Positions 13,190 through 25,621 of a DNA stretch of 64,000 bases are shown here, piece by piece. The DNA comes from Eledone cirrhosa (lineage: Eukaryota). Position numbers and translations under genes: made by a program. The notes under the pieces are model-generated. The model was not told where the DNA came from. It did no database searches and was given only the letters and a program-made list of their open reading frames with translations. The DNA is taken from assembly GCA_964016885.1 (NCBI GenBank), contig OZ024742.1, positions 235,476,001 to 235,540,000 on the forward strand, given 5' to 3'. Positions within the stretch are counted from its first letter, which is position 1, and the number at the start of each line of letters is the position of its first letter.

Positions 13190-13890
13190 CACCCTTTTCC
13201 GCCTCTTTCCCACACTTTCACACTTCGTATCCCTCTTTACCCCTCTTCCCTATTTTCCCCATTTTTTAACCTCTCTTTCCCTATTTCTTTAACCTGCTGT
13301 CTTCCCTCCTCTTTTCCATCCTTCCTTCCCTTGATATTTTTCTTCCCTTCTTCCACTTCTGCCTCTTCCAACCCATTCTTTCCCTACACCCCTTTACGCC
13401 ACTTCCTACCCTCTTTCTTCCTTTCTTGATTTCACACACTACTTTACCTACCATTTTACCCACTATCATTATTTGACCCACACTAATTATTATTTTACCT
13501 ACCACTTTAACCACAATAATCATTTTACCTACCAATTTACCCACAATAATTATTTTACCTACCAATTTACCTACCATTTTACCCACTCTAATTATTGTGG
13601 GAAATCTGGTAGGTAAAATAATTATTGTGGGTAAAAACGCCCCCCCAAAATAAAATATGGATCTTCCCCAAAATAAAATATGGATCCTCCAAATAAAAAA
13701 TGGATCCCCCGTTTTTTATTCGAGGGGGGGGGGGGGGCGTTTTTTTAGCCACAATAATTATTTTACCTACCAGATTACACACAACAATTATTTTACCCAC
13801 TCTTTACCCACAATGATCATTTTACCCACATTAATTACTTTACCTACAATTTTACCCACAATAAGCATTATACATACCAATTTACCCACC
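13190..13890. repeat. Pyrimidine-rich tract followed by degenerate TTTTACCYAC/AATAAT repeats
   Basis: CT-rich 13190-13430, then recurring attttacctaccaatttacccacaataat units. Confidence 0.8.
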
Positions 13891-13893
13891 AAA

Positions 13894-14836
13894 TGGGGGG
13901 AGGGGATCCGTTTTTTTTGGGATGTCCGTTTTTTATTTGGGGGGATCCGTTTTTTATTTGGGGGTCCGTTTTTTTATTTGGGGCGATGCGTTTTTTATTT
14001 GGGGGGGGATCCGTTTTTATTTGGGGTTCGGTTTTTTTTTTGGGGGGGGGGTCCGTTTTTTATTTGGCAGTCCGTTTTGTATTTGGTGGGGATCGTTTTT
14101 TATTTGGGAACCGTTTATTATTTGGGGGGGGGGTCCGTTTTTAATTTGGGGATCCGTTTTTTATTTGGGGGGGTTAATTGGGGGCATCCGTTTTTATTTG
14201 GCTGGATACGTTTTTGGGGAGGATCCGTTTTTATTGAAGGGGGGGGGGTCCGTTTTTTATTTGTGGGTTCCGCTTTTTATTTGGGGGTCCGTTTTTTATT
14301 TGGGGATATCGGTTTTTTATTTGGGGTCCGTTTTTTATTTGGGGGAGTTCGTTTTTAATTTGGGTGTCCGTTTTTTATTTGGGGGGATCCGTTTTTTTAT
14401 TGGGGGGGGGGGGGGGGCGGTCCGTTATTTATTTGAGGGAGTTCCGTTTTTTATTTGGGGTCCGCTTTTCATTTGGCAGTCCGTTTTTTATTTGGGGGGA
14501 TGCGTTTTTTATTTGGGGTCCGTTTGTTATTGGGGGTCCGTTTTTTATGGGGGTTGGGGTTGGGGGGGGGGGTCCGTTTTTTTATAAGGGGGTCTGTTTT
14601 TTTTATTCGGGGGGATCCATTTTTTATTTGGGTGAGGTTCCGTTTTTTTTTGAGGGGGATCCGTTTTTTATTTGGGGGTTTCCGTTTTTTATTTGGCGGT
14701 CCATTTTTTATTTGGGGGTGAGGTGGGGGGGGGGGGGAGTTACCGTTTTTTTATGTTTTGGGGTCCGTTTTTTTATTTGGGGGATCCGTTTTTTATCTGG
14801 GGAACCGTTTTTTATTGGGAGGGGGGGGGGGGGGGT
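13894..14836. repeat. Degenerate ~19-22 bp minisatellite G(n)ATCCGT(n)ATTT
   Basis: Roughly 40-45 units of gggggatccgttttttattt with variable homopolymer lengths. The long ORFs here are repeat artefacts. Confidence 0.9.
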
Positions 14837-15425
14837 GTCCGATAATGTCACATACAGTAGGATTCAACCTCGAATCCCGGGCTTGAAAAGCGAACTATAA
14901 TAAGTTTCAAGGGAGACAACCAGGAAGAAATGAAAGCAAGAGTAATCTCCTTTAAAAGTTTTTTTTTCGCATTTTTTTTTAAATTAAAATTTTCATTCAA
15001 AAAATATAAATTAAATTATATAATGTTTGCAATAAAAAAGGAAGAAATTCAATAGCGAAAGTGCGGAGGGGGGAGGAAAACAAATTCTACATCTATTTAC
15101 TTATTTACATCTCTATTTCCGTTTCTATCACACAGTCCACCTACTTCTTCATCTATCAAGAGAAGGATATATATATATATATATATTGTTGTGCTTTGGG
15201 AGAGTCATTCTGCCAATAAAAATACATGCACCTGTTGGTTTTCACTTCAATTTATTATAAAGTTCCGGTTGGTTGGTTGGTTGGTCGGTCGGTTGATTCG
15301 ATAACCGGATGGTTGTTTATATATTGTCAAAACTCATCTTGTTTTTGTGTGTAGGACATAACAAAGGAGAGACACAAAATAAAAACCAGTCACTGAGAAG
15401 GTCATAGAATGTGTGACGAAGAGCT

Positions 15426-15462
<37 letters not shown>

Positions 15463-15463
<1 letters not shown>

Positions 15464-15600
15464 AAGGTAGTGTGGTAAGGAACCAAGTGGACCATAACAC
15501 ACCAGAGTACTCGATACTTAGGGTAGTAGAGTGGGTAATAGGAAAAGAGTCTAGACCCCGACGGCTGAGCTCCGGCTGTTTCGACAGTTAGATCCGAACT
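15463..15600 (-). mobile_element. Short PLE pseudo-LTR-like element (family X) carrying the 3' half of a hammerhead
   Basis: Same sequence as 15890-16024, 18808-18870, 28886-29072 and 30563-30775. The minus strand reads gtcGAAACagccggagctcagccGTCggggtc...cctattacccactctactaccctaagta. Confidence 0.6.
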
Positions 15601-15733
15601 GAATCTTTCGCTGTATTTTTTACTAAAGAAATTTTAGCCTGAGAGCGGGGTTTAAAACCCTCTAAAAAATGGAAAAGGAAACCCGACTATCTACTAAGTT
15701 TCAAACTTCGCTCGCTGTTTCAAAACAAAATTA

Positions 15734-15806
<73 letters not shown>

Positions 15807-15889
15807 GAATATCAGAAAACAAAATACAAAAAAACAAAAAGCTGACAAACGCAGGAGTAATATATACATACATATGTACATATATATAT

Positions 15890-16019
15890 AACGAAGGAAA
15901 TGTGGTAAGGAACCAGGTGGACCATAACGCACCAAAGTACTCAATACTTAGGTAGTAGAGTGGGTAATAGAATTACCCGTCGAAACGGCTTGAGCTCAGC
16001 CGTCGGGGTCCTACTCGTT

Positions 16020-16024
<5 letters not shown>
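15890..16024. mobile_element. Family X copy with internal inversion, flanked by (TA)n
   Basis: 15890-15971 is antisense. gtcgaaacggcttgagctcagccgtcggggtc (about 15979-16010) is in the opposite orientation. Confidence 0.6.
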
Positions 16025-16065
<41 letters not shown>

Positions 16066-16066
<1 letters not shown>

Positions 16067-16585
16067 GGAAACTGTTCAGAGACGTGCAACCAAGCGAATA
16101 CCCTCCATCAGGCATCTACCATACTCTGAGCGCGTTGCTTCCCTGGGCATGGATACATTGAAGCTCCGACGCCTGGCAACTGACTTGGTAAACACCCACA
16201 AAATTGTTAACCATCTTGCCAACAACAACCCTGAGTACCTTTTTGGTTTCCATGTGTCTAACACACGTGGACATGCTCACAAATTCAGAAAACAGTACAG
16301 TTCCCATGACTTTCGGAAACACTTTTTCACGCTCAGAGTTGCTGAAGCATGGAACAAACTACCTGCATCAGTCGTTAGCTGTCAAGACACTGCATCCTTT
16401 AAGGCCTCCATGCTTCCCGAGATTCGCCAACACTGCACCTAATGTTCCCCCTCCATACATACACACATGTATATCATGACTCAGACACTATTCACTTCCC
16501 TGACATTTGTGTATTATTCTATGTACTATACATGCACCTTTGACGAATTGTAGTGCACCTGAGCACTTTACACAATAATTTCATT
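16066..16585 (+). mobile_element. 5'-truncated CR1/L2/Jockey-group LINE 3' end
   Basis: ETVQRRATKRIPSIRHLPYSERVASLGMDTLKLRRLATDL...TRGH..K...RKHFFTLRVAEAWNKLP is the conserved ORF2 C-terminus of this group. A 3' UTR follows. Confidence 0.85.
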
Positions 16586-16769
16586 GGATTGGCAGTATTG
16601 GTAGAGGGTCGGACGCCATGCTTTGACACATAAAGTTGCGGCCCTTGCCATTCTGAGTTCAAATCCCGCCGAGGTTAACTTTGCCTTTCATCCTTACGGG
16701 GTCGATAAAATAAAGTACCAGTAATGTACTGGGTAATTGCTGCCATTGTGCCAAAAAGTAGAAACAATT

Positions 16770-16785
<16 letters not shown>
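16586..16785 (+). mobile_element. tRNA-derived SINE (same family as 4998-5175) with (ATT)n tail
   Basis: ggattggcagtattggtagagggtcggacgccatgc...gagttcaaatcccgcc...gcctttcatccttacggggtcgataaaataaagtaccag...attattatt. Confidence 0.88.
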
Positions 16786-16800
<15 letters not shown>

Positions 16801-17304
16801 GACCGCTTGTTTTCACTCGGCTTGTAATGTAGTGATATATACTGTACACATTTTTGCTAGCCATCCTTGCTGGAATCGGTACTAGCTGAGAAAATGTTAC
16901 CAACAGAGGTTAGTTAAATATTACTACATTTGCACACATCACGCACTACATCTATACATATATTCTTTGTTCGTTGTTCATTGCTGCACGTGATTTCGAT
17001 GTTACAAATAAAAACATTAAAATTCGCAGTGTCTTGTTCATTTGTTTATGCTCATCCATGTGATATGGGAAAATCATCTTCCCCATGGTAATATCACTGC
17101 ACACCACAACAAGCGAGTACAACTTCTTGGTTCCTTGAATATGGCGTAGCTTATCTCAACTCACTGAGACCAACTTCACTTACTTGCCATTATTCGACTA
17201 ACTAGCTACCCACTCATCAACTTCACCTTCTACTACAAATGAACAAATCAATCAAGCAACAAAAAAACAAAAAAAAAACAAAACAAAAAAACTCATAACA
17301 ACAG

Positions 17305-18160
17305 CCGCTAAAGATCTGGGCTGTAAGGAGGATGTGGAAGAGTGGGATTGTTTTTCTTCGCTATCTTTGTAGAAGGTACGATTAACTATATGTCCTAGAA
17401 AAAATGATAATCATCGTTTTCACCCTGGATCTGTTCATGTGTGCTTTCTTTGGAGGAGGCGTGCCACTTCTCGCTTTGCCGTTTTGTCTCCAGATCATAC
17501 TCGAACATCCATGTTTCATATCCTGTTATTACTTTATCCAAGAAATGTGGCTCAATTTCGAGTCTTTCTAGTAAATCCGGACAAATTTCGAATCGGTTTT
17601 TTGCTCCACAGACAAGTGTTCGGGTACAAGTTTTGCACAAATTTTTCGCATGTGAAAATTGTCTGTTAAAATTCTGTGAACTACATTTTCATCCAAGCCA
17701 GTTTTTTCTACAATCTTAACACTTAAACGACGATCTTTCGCCATCACAGCTCGCACCACTTCTATATTTTGTTCATTTGTTGACGAGATTGCCCTTTTAG
17801 AACGTGGTTCGTCTTCAACATTTTCTCGGCCGGTTTTGAAAGCTTTGAGCCACTTCTCGATAGAATGGAATCTCCACAAGCTTGTGTTAAAGAATTAAAT
17901 ATTTCACCGGCAAATTTGCTGAGTTTCACACAAAATTTAATCGCGAACCCTTGTTCGATTTTTTTCCTGCATCGCAAACGTAACAGAGGTTATAAACACC
18001 TCTGTACATAAACAGCAATAACTCACAACTGACTCAATTTACCATGGTGAAAGAAGTATGAAAGTGTAGCCAAGATCATAAACACGCATATATCATGACG
18101 TGCTGCATTATCATGTCATACATAGGAAAATCAGTACCTTTAGTTTTGGGACATACCGCG

Positions 18161-18161
<1 letters not shown>
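17305..18161 (-). mobile_element. Degenerate, internally deleted mariner (Tc1/mariner) transposon with 5' TIR
   Basis: EQGFAIKFCVKL, ENVEDEPRS.R, MRKICAKLVP, VITGYETWMFEYD.ETKRQS and PHPPYSPDL in shifting frames. A TIR-like end TAcgcggtatgtcccaaaactaaaggtactgattttcc abuts (TA)n at about 18161. Confidence 0.88.
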
Positions 18162-18245
<84 letters not shown>

Positions 18246-18294
18246 TATGCGCGCGCGCGTGTATAAACACGTATATATGTATATATATATATAT

Positions 18295-18353
<59 letters not shown>

Positions 18354-18705
18354 AATAAACACGTATAATTATATATATCTCTCTCTCTCTCTATATATAT
18401 ATATACATATATATACATATATAAGATATTAGTTTAACAATTATAAAAATAAGTTATTTTACATATTCATTTCATTGTTTTACGATCGTTTCGGAGGGTT
18501 GATCATATTGATATATTGACTGATCTATAGCAGTTAGAGAACTGTATACATACATAATATATAGGTTCGATCATACCGTCTGTATCTAAAGGATTGACTC
18601 AGCGAAACAGGGAACCTATCTCTGAATTTCACTGAATTACTTGCTAACGGATTACATTGAGTTCTAACTATGGTTTAGGCACTACCACGAAAGGTAGACC
18701 ACATT

Positions 18706-18811
<106 letters not shown>

Positions 18812-18892
18812 AAAAAGAGTCAGAACCTCGACGGCTGAGCTCCGGCTGTTTCGACAGATAGATCCGAACTTTGTTATATATATATATATATA

Positions 18893-19568
18893 CAAATATA
18901 TTACACAAAGAGAAGTGTGTTACACAGTCAGATGTGTGTAAAGAATTATTACAAGTGAGTTTTACCGTTACTGTATAGAGAACAATAAAGAAAATTCTCT
19001 ATTCTTCTTTGAGCTAATATTATTATTATTACCGTGAACTGCGATTTGTATACTTAACGAGCTCCTAATTGTTGAGCTAATAAATTCGAATGGTTGGTTT
19101 GCCCTCTCTAGCATTTCCCCAATCCATGAGAGCCGTTATTTGATGCAAATAACACGTGATTTCGCCCTACTCTGGGCAGTGTGTATATTAGCTTTCTCTC
19201 TATCCATGAGGTTACATGTGTTGTGAACAGTATCCACATTTGCTGACTGAGGATCCTGTGGGCTGTTATACTGCACATGTCGGTGGTGAAACGAAACGAG
19301 AATCGTATCAGCAAACTTATAGTTAGTTATAAGGTTGGTAATTTAAAACTCTACATCAGAGATTTGATTCTGACTTAGTTTTTTTCTATTTAATTGCTAA
19401 ACCTGTAGATATTGTTCTCTATACAGTAACTATAAAACTCACTTGTAATAATTCTTTACACACATCTCACTGTGTAACACACTTCTCTTTGTGTAATATA
19501 TTTGAGCTCAGAAGAAAATTCTCTATTCTTCTTTGAGCTAATATTATTATTATTACTGTGAACTGCGG
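18893..19568 (+). mobile_element. Element with ~95-bp inverted repeats, a ~55-bp direct repeat and an internal hammerhead (probable PLE pLTR derivative)
   Basis: 18893-18987 is the reverse complement of about 19411-19504. aagaaaattctctattc...gtgaactgcg occurs near 18988 and 19512. An HHR motif lies at 19239-19315. Confidence 0.65.
19239..19315 (+). ncRNA. Candidate type I hammerhead ribozyme
   Basis: tttgctga CTGAGGA [helix II region, ~39 nt] GAA ACGA gaa TCGT A tcagcaaa gives an 8-bp helix I, a 4-bp helix III and a GUA cleavage triplet. The base of helix II is ambiguous because gaaac is duplicated. Confidence 0.65.
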
Positions 19569-19587
19569 AATACTCTTAATTCCGATT

Positions 19588-19638
<51 letters not shown>

Positions 19639-19650
<12 letters not shown>

Positions 19651-19846
19651 AGAAATTAAAAGATGGTTAAAAAAGTTCCATATATTTTATTATGCGCATT
19701 TTGAAAACAACATCATCATGGGACAAAGTGCAAAGTCTACATATGTAGACTTTGCACTTTGTCCCATGATGATGTTGTTTTCAAAATGCGCATAATAAAA
19801 TATATGGAACTTTTTTAACCATCTTTTAATTTCTTCTTTTATATAT
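19639..19846. repeat. Perfect ~208-bp palindrome next to (TA)n
   Basis: Centre ...gcaaagtctac at|at gtagactttgc... at 19742/19743. The arms match out to the tata ends. Confidence 0.92.
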
Positions 19847-19926
19847 ACTCCAGTTCTACCAACTGTTGAGTGCTACTTATCTGATATATGCATAGTTTTA
19901 TTGTTCTACAATATTACTCACCTTCT

Positions 19927-19991
<65 letters not shown>

Positions 19992-20222
19992 CATGTGTAT
20001 ATATATATATATAAGTATGTATACGTACATACATATATGTATACAGACGTACAGTAGTATGTATATATATACATAGATGCACACATATATATATATATAT
20101 GTACGTTTGGATTTACCGAACATTTATTATAATGCTCGGTGTGTTTGTAAACAAACATCCCGAATTAAGCCGTACAGTGTTTAGCAGCCATCGTTGCCCT
20201 TTTGTTCAACACTGACAAAGGA

Positions 20223-20265
20223 ACGATGTACTAGTTTCAAGATTATTAGCTATCGTCAGCACTGT
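20223..20265 (-). ncRNA. Minimal type I hammerhead ribozyme (copy with single mismatches in helices I and II)
   Basis: Minus strand: acagtg CTGACGA t agct aata atct t GAAA ctag TA catcgt. Confidence 0.65.
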
Positions 20266-20662
20266 ATACCTTCCTGCCAGATGATTGAATGTCTGAAAGT
20301 ATATACTTTCCTTATGCATATTAACGGCTGAGCAGCCTAATTTGCATATCGAGTGAGTTAATCGGCCGGGCGCACCGATAACGATAAACGGAAAAAATGA
20401 AACGAAATTTCATTTCTCACTCTTAGTACGGCTGTTACTTAAATATAAGTATGTATACGTACACACGTATATGTATACAGACATACAGTAGTATGTATAT
20501 ATATACATACATGCACACACACATATATATATATATATATGTACGTATGGATTTACCGAACATTTATTATAATGCTCGGTGTGTTTGTAAACAAACATCC
20601 CGTATTAAGCCGTACAGTGTTTAGCAACCATCGTTGCCCTTTTGTTCAACACTGACAAAGGA

Positions 20663-20705
20663 ACGATGTACTAGTTTCAAGCTTATTAGCTATCGTCAGC
20701 ACCGT
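20663..20705 (-). ncRNA. Minimal type I hammerhead ribozyme
   Basis: Minus strand: acggtg CTGACGA t agct aata agct t GAAA ctag TA catcgt. It has a 6-bp helix I, a 4-bp helix II and a palindromic CUAG loop III. Confidence 0.8.
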
Positions 20706-20764
20706 ATACCTTCCTGCCAGAAGATTGAACGTCTGAAAGTATATATATATACATATACACATGA

Positions 20765-20995
20765 ATTTGAAATGTATATATTTTGATGGAGTGAAGGTGG
20801 ATCTTTCTGCTTTAAGTACTAATGTTGTAAAGTCGAAAGTCCAGTCTAACAACCATACAACTACATTTTTCTCATCAAATTCTAATGGCGTCAGTGATAT
20901 AAGCCAGATGTGCAAGGGAGGCAACTGTAATAACTGCGGTGTTTAGAGTGTGTATTATATAGTTAAAGCTAGTGTATGGTGTAAAACTGTTTGCT
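20765..20995. repeat. Diverged duplicated segment (second copy about 30137-30381)
   Basis: tattttgatggagtgaaggtggatcttt...ccatacaactacatttttctcatca...gatgtgcaagggaggcaactgtaataactgcg...ggtgtaaaactgtttgct occurs in both places. gaggcagatgatcaagtaggactta also occurs near 21330 and 31053. Confidence 0.9.
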
Positions 20996-21077
20996 AAGAG
21001 ATGTTTGTTTATAATAGAAATGGTGTGTTTGTGTGTGTATATATGTGTATGTATATGTATATAGAAGTTTAATGTAC

Positions 21078-21135
<58 letters not shown>

Positions 21136-21230
21136 GCATACATGTATATATATATATGTATTCGCACACGCGCGTATGTATGTATGTATGTATGTATGTA
21201 TGTATGTATGTATGTATGTATGTATGTATG

Positions 21231-21300
<70 letters not shown>

Positions 21301-21484
21301 CACAAAATCCCATGCGCAAATGAGTGTACGAGGCAGATGATCAAGTAGGACTTATTAAATTTAACTGTTGATGAGAAGGTGTCAGATAATGGAAACAGAA
21401 ACTGTTATGTTGGCATGTTTAAATAGTGGCGAAGCACACACACACACACACACACACACGCACATATATATATATGTAAACGGT

Positions 21485-21600
21485 AAACAGAAATAACAAC
21501 ACAATCGGTACAGTATATGGAAGGGATATATTAGGTTAACGCTTGATATAGCAGGAAGAGGGTCTTAACATTTCTGACGCTAGTCTTTCATCAGAAGAAA
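21485..21600 (-). mobile_element. PLE pLTR remnant with degenerate hammerhead (21562-21598)
   Basis: Minus strand: tctt CTGATGA aa gac tagc gtc a GAAA tgtt aagaccctcttcc...gttaacctaatata. It parallels 28020-28135. Confidence 0.55.
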
Positions 21601-21830
21601 GAATGATAAATAAGATAGATTGAGAGGACGGGCGGGATGGAATTGAAAAAATGTCTTTAGATAACAATAACAGGTCCATTCATATTGATATCTCTTGCAA
21701 AACTGTTGGTGCTGGCGTTTTGTGTATGATTTGTTTTTTAGAAAAGCGCATGATGGAGCGCGTCTACCTGAAATGGAAAAAAAACCGTTTTGTAAAAAGA
21801 GCTATACTTGTGCACGTGCGTATGCGTATG

Positions 21831-21908
<78 letters not shown>

Positions 21909-22157
21909 TGTGTGCGTGCGTGTGTATTATTATACGTCCGTACGAAGCTAAGAAAAAATGTGTGTATATATGTGAGTAAAAGAGTGTGTGCATGTAAGTA
22001 CGAAGCTATGAGCAAAAGTATGTTAATATAAGGGTGTGTATGTGTGTAGGGAAAAGTGGAATGAGCATATATAGTCGGCCTGTATTAGTTGTAAGAGAAG
22101 TTGCTAATGATCAAGAGAAAGCAATAGGAATCTAGGGATGTGATAATGGATGGGGTA

Positions 22158-24027
22158 TTAGAGAAATTGGGGAGGTGAGTTGAGTCCAAGAGGGGAATGG
22201 GATCCAAGGCGGTGAATCAGACTTTGTTCAGTCCTGGTGCGCGAGGCTTGTGATCCATGAAGTAAAAGGACACCCAGCACTGAAACATGTAGGGAAGAAT
22301 GACCAGGAGAACAGAAATGACGGGCGACAAGAGTATCCAGACCGAGTCGTATGTCCCTCAAATGTTTGGCAAAACGGTCCGCCATACGGCGTCCCGGTTG
22401 TCCGATATATAAAGACTCGCAAAGGGAACACCGGAGGGCATAGACAACGTGGGTGGATGTGCAGGTGAAGGAATGGCGGATACGGAAAGACCCGTTAGGG
22501 ACTGTAAGAGTGGTGAGGGTGGAAATAAAGGGACAAGTGTTGCAGCGAGAACGGGAACAAGGATGAGAGCCGGGCGGAGTCGTGGGAGAGGACGAAAAGG
22601 AACTGCGAACCAGGAGGTTGCGGGCGCGTTTAAAAGCAGTAATGGGTGGGTTTGGAAAAAAGCAAGAAGTGGCGGGGTCAGAAGAGAGGATACGGAAGGA
22701 ACGGAGGATATGTGGCAGGAGTGGTAGGGTGATGGGTGGTAGGTGAGAGGGAAAGGAAACGGGTGCTGGGAGGGCGAGGTGAGGTGCAAGGGCTGTGGTG
22801 CGGTCTGTTTCACGGGCGCGGTTGAGAGTAGCTTGGATCAGGTTGGGGGGATATCCACGCTGGATGAAGCAGGAAGCCATGTGAAGGGAATGGGTTTCGA
22901 AATCGTCGTCCTGGCTACAGAGTCGACGAAGACGGAGGAATTGGGAATAGGGTATGGAGTGTTTGGTGTGGGTTGGAAGGGAGGAGGTGAAGACGAGGTA
23001 AGATTGATTTAATGAAAATGGAAGTAGAGAGGGTGTGGTGAGAGTGATTAGTAGATAGAGAGATATATAGAAAAGCAACAGAAGAATCGGAGATGGAGGC
23101 GGTGAAATTGAGAGCAGGGTGGAAAGATTGGACAAAAGAAAGAAGACAGTCGAGCTTTTCTCGTGATAGAGAGGTGGTGCTGATACAGTCATCGATATAA
23201 CAACTGTATAGCTCAGGAGTCGGTCCAGCGTACTAGGAGAAGATCTGGGCTTCGACGTAGCCAACAAAAAAGTTGGCATAGTTTGGACCCATTCTGGTCC
23301 CCATCGCTACCCCAGAGACCTGTTGATAAAATTCACCTGAAAAAGAAAATCCATTGAGGGTGAGAACAAGCTCAGCCAGACGGAGAAGAGTGGTAGTGCT
23401 GGGGTAAGGGGTAGGGCGTAAATATAAAAAAATGTTGGAGAGCGCGGAGGCCATCATCATGGGGGATGACGGTATAAAGAGAGGTGATGTCCAGGGTAAA
23501 GAGAAGGTGGGAGGGACCAGGAGGGAAGGAGAAGGAGTTGAAGAGTCTAAGGGCATGAGTTGTATCGTGGGTGTGGGAGGGAAGATTGCCGACCAACGGG
23601 GCGAGGATGGTGTCTAAATATTCAGAAATTATCTCGGTGGGGCAGTTGCACGCAGAAACGATAGGACGGCCGGGATTATTTTGTTTGTGTATTTTGGGGA
23701 GGAAGTAGATGGTGGGTGCGCGAGGGGTGCGTACAATAAGGTTGGTGGCTGTGAGGGGTAGGAGAGAGGAGGAGATGAGCTCGTGGATGGCGGAGGACAC
23801 GAGTTGTTGGTAGCCAAGAGTGGGGTCGGAGGATAAAGGGCGGTAAAAAAGAGTATTGTGAAGCTGGCGGAGAGCCTCAGCCCTATAGAGGTCAACGTTC
23901 CAAACCACCACAGCACCACCTTTGTCAGCGGGTTTGATGACAATGTCATCGCGACGCGGAAGGTTGCAAAGAGCGGAGAGCTTAGTCCGCGTGATGTTAG
24001 AGCGACGAGAATGTTGGTGGAAACGGA

Positions 24028-24030
<3 letters not shown>
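22158..24030 (-). mobile_element. Penelope-like element, probably Neptune clade: frameshifted RT plus GIY-YIG endonuclease
   Basis: IVIKPADKGGAVVVW, YFLPKIHK...GRPIVSA, LDITSLYTVIPH, QQVSGVAMGTRMGPNYANFFVG, SIPYSQFLRLRRLCS, Cys linker CSRSRCNTC, and VVYALRCSLCESLYIGQ.GR...RFAKH...VARHF...LGLN, spread across three ORF fragments. Confidence 0.92.
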
Positions 24031-24067
<37 letters not shown>

Positions 24068-24075
<8 letters not shown>

Positions 24076-24696
24076 TTAAGTCGTTTGGAAGCCTCGACAA
24101 TGCAAATGGGTAAATCTCCGGGTAACAAGGTCTGGTGGTGGAGAGAGAGATGTAGGTGGGTGTACGTTGAGATGCGTGGTGTGTATAAGATGTGTGAGAT
24201 GTGTAGAATGAAGGGAAGAGTATAAAGGATAAAATAAAAATAACAACGCAAGAGAGAGTTACCTTGGGAGAGATTTAATAGTCCCTATATATTTCGGATT
24301 CACATCCATCAACTGGGGTTTTTTTTCCGGGGTGGGGGAAAAAGTTGTCTGTCGGACAAGTCCGGAACGCGTCCTTCGCTGTTTGTTGTTTTGAATATCT
24401 GAGATATTCAAAACAACAAACAGCGAAGGACGCGTTCCGGAAAAAACCCCCAGTTGATGGATGTGAATCCGAAATATATAGGGACTATTAAATCTCTCCC
24501 AAGGTAACTCTCTCTTGTGTTGTTATTTTAATTTTATCCTTTATACTCTTCCCTTCATTCTACACATCTCACACATCTTATACACACCACGCAGCTCAAC
24601 GTACACCCACCTACATCTCTCTCTCCACCACCGGACCTTGTTACCCGGAGATTTACCCATTTGCATTGTCGAGGCTTCCAAACGACTTAAAGATAT
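24068..24696. repeat. ~630-bp inverted duplication of the PLE 5' pseudo-LTR region
   Basis: About 24068-24330 is the reverse complement of about 24437-24696 with a few substitutions. An inner perfect hairpin spans about 24361-24441, centred on 24401. Confidence 0.9.
24448..24483 (+). ncRNA. Minimal type I hammerhead-like motif with altered core (mirror copy 24283-24318, minus)
   Basis: ccc CAGTTGA t ggat gtga atcc GAAA tata TA ggg. All three helices fit the PLE minimal HHR, but the core differs from CUGANGA at two positions. Confidence 0.6.
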
Positions 24697-24735
24697 TTAC
24701 TTATTGTTCCACAATGCTTCAAGCAAACTTCAATA

Positions 24736-24810
<75 letters not shown>

Positions 24811-24907
24811 TAAACGATCGACTTTCGTCAAATCGGACCGCGGTAACAATGTTTCCGTTGGTCTTTCCAATTGCTAATACTATCTATCGGTCGCAACTCC
24901 AGGTAGA

Positions 24908-25218
<311 letters not shown>

Positions 25219-25354
25219 TAAAATAACAGATTAAAGTTTAAGCAAAGAATCGCTGCTTCTACGGTTCTTATATATTTGATATATATTTATCCTTATCGAG
25301 CCCTCTTTGGATTTTAGTCTTCAAATTTATTATTATTACTATAAATATTATTTC

Positions 25355-25410
<56 letters not shown>

Positions 25411-25621
25411 TTTACGTATCGAGAGAGAAAAAAAAAAAGGGATAGGTGATACATGTAGTTATTTGCCAAATAGCGTATGCAGAAGGAACTCAATACTAGT
25501 GCCGACAGTATTAAATATTAGAAGTGTTAATATTTAGTGGGCGGGAGAATTAGCAGAGCGTAAGCACGTGGAAAAGTAAGAAATAGGAGAACAGACCGTT
25601 AATACATGTTTATTTAAAATA

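Larger units (their letters stand above)
20012..20742 (-). mobile_element. Tandem non-coding ~440-bp repeat (about 1.7 copies) with one hammerhead per unit (retrozyme-like)
   Basis: The unit repeats with a 440-bp offset (HHRs at 20223 and 20663). There is no real ORF. The same unit occurs at 29128-30076. Confidence 0.75.

Noticed and set aside
13657-14900. Long F/G-rich ORFs (233, 221 and 178 aa)
   Set aside because: They are translations of the G/T minisatellite and are open in several frames.
15385-15430. ctgagaaggtcata...tgtgacgaagagct as a possible hammerhead
   Set aside because: The core and GAAA are both imperfect and there is no helix I pairing.
18478-18500. Minus-strand ctccGAAACGATCGTA, resembling an HHR 3' half
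   Set aside because: No matching CTGANGA or helix II 5' arm was found upstream.
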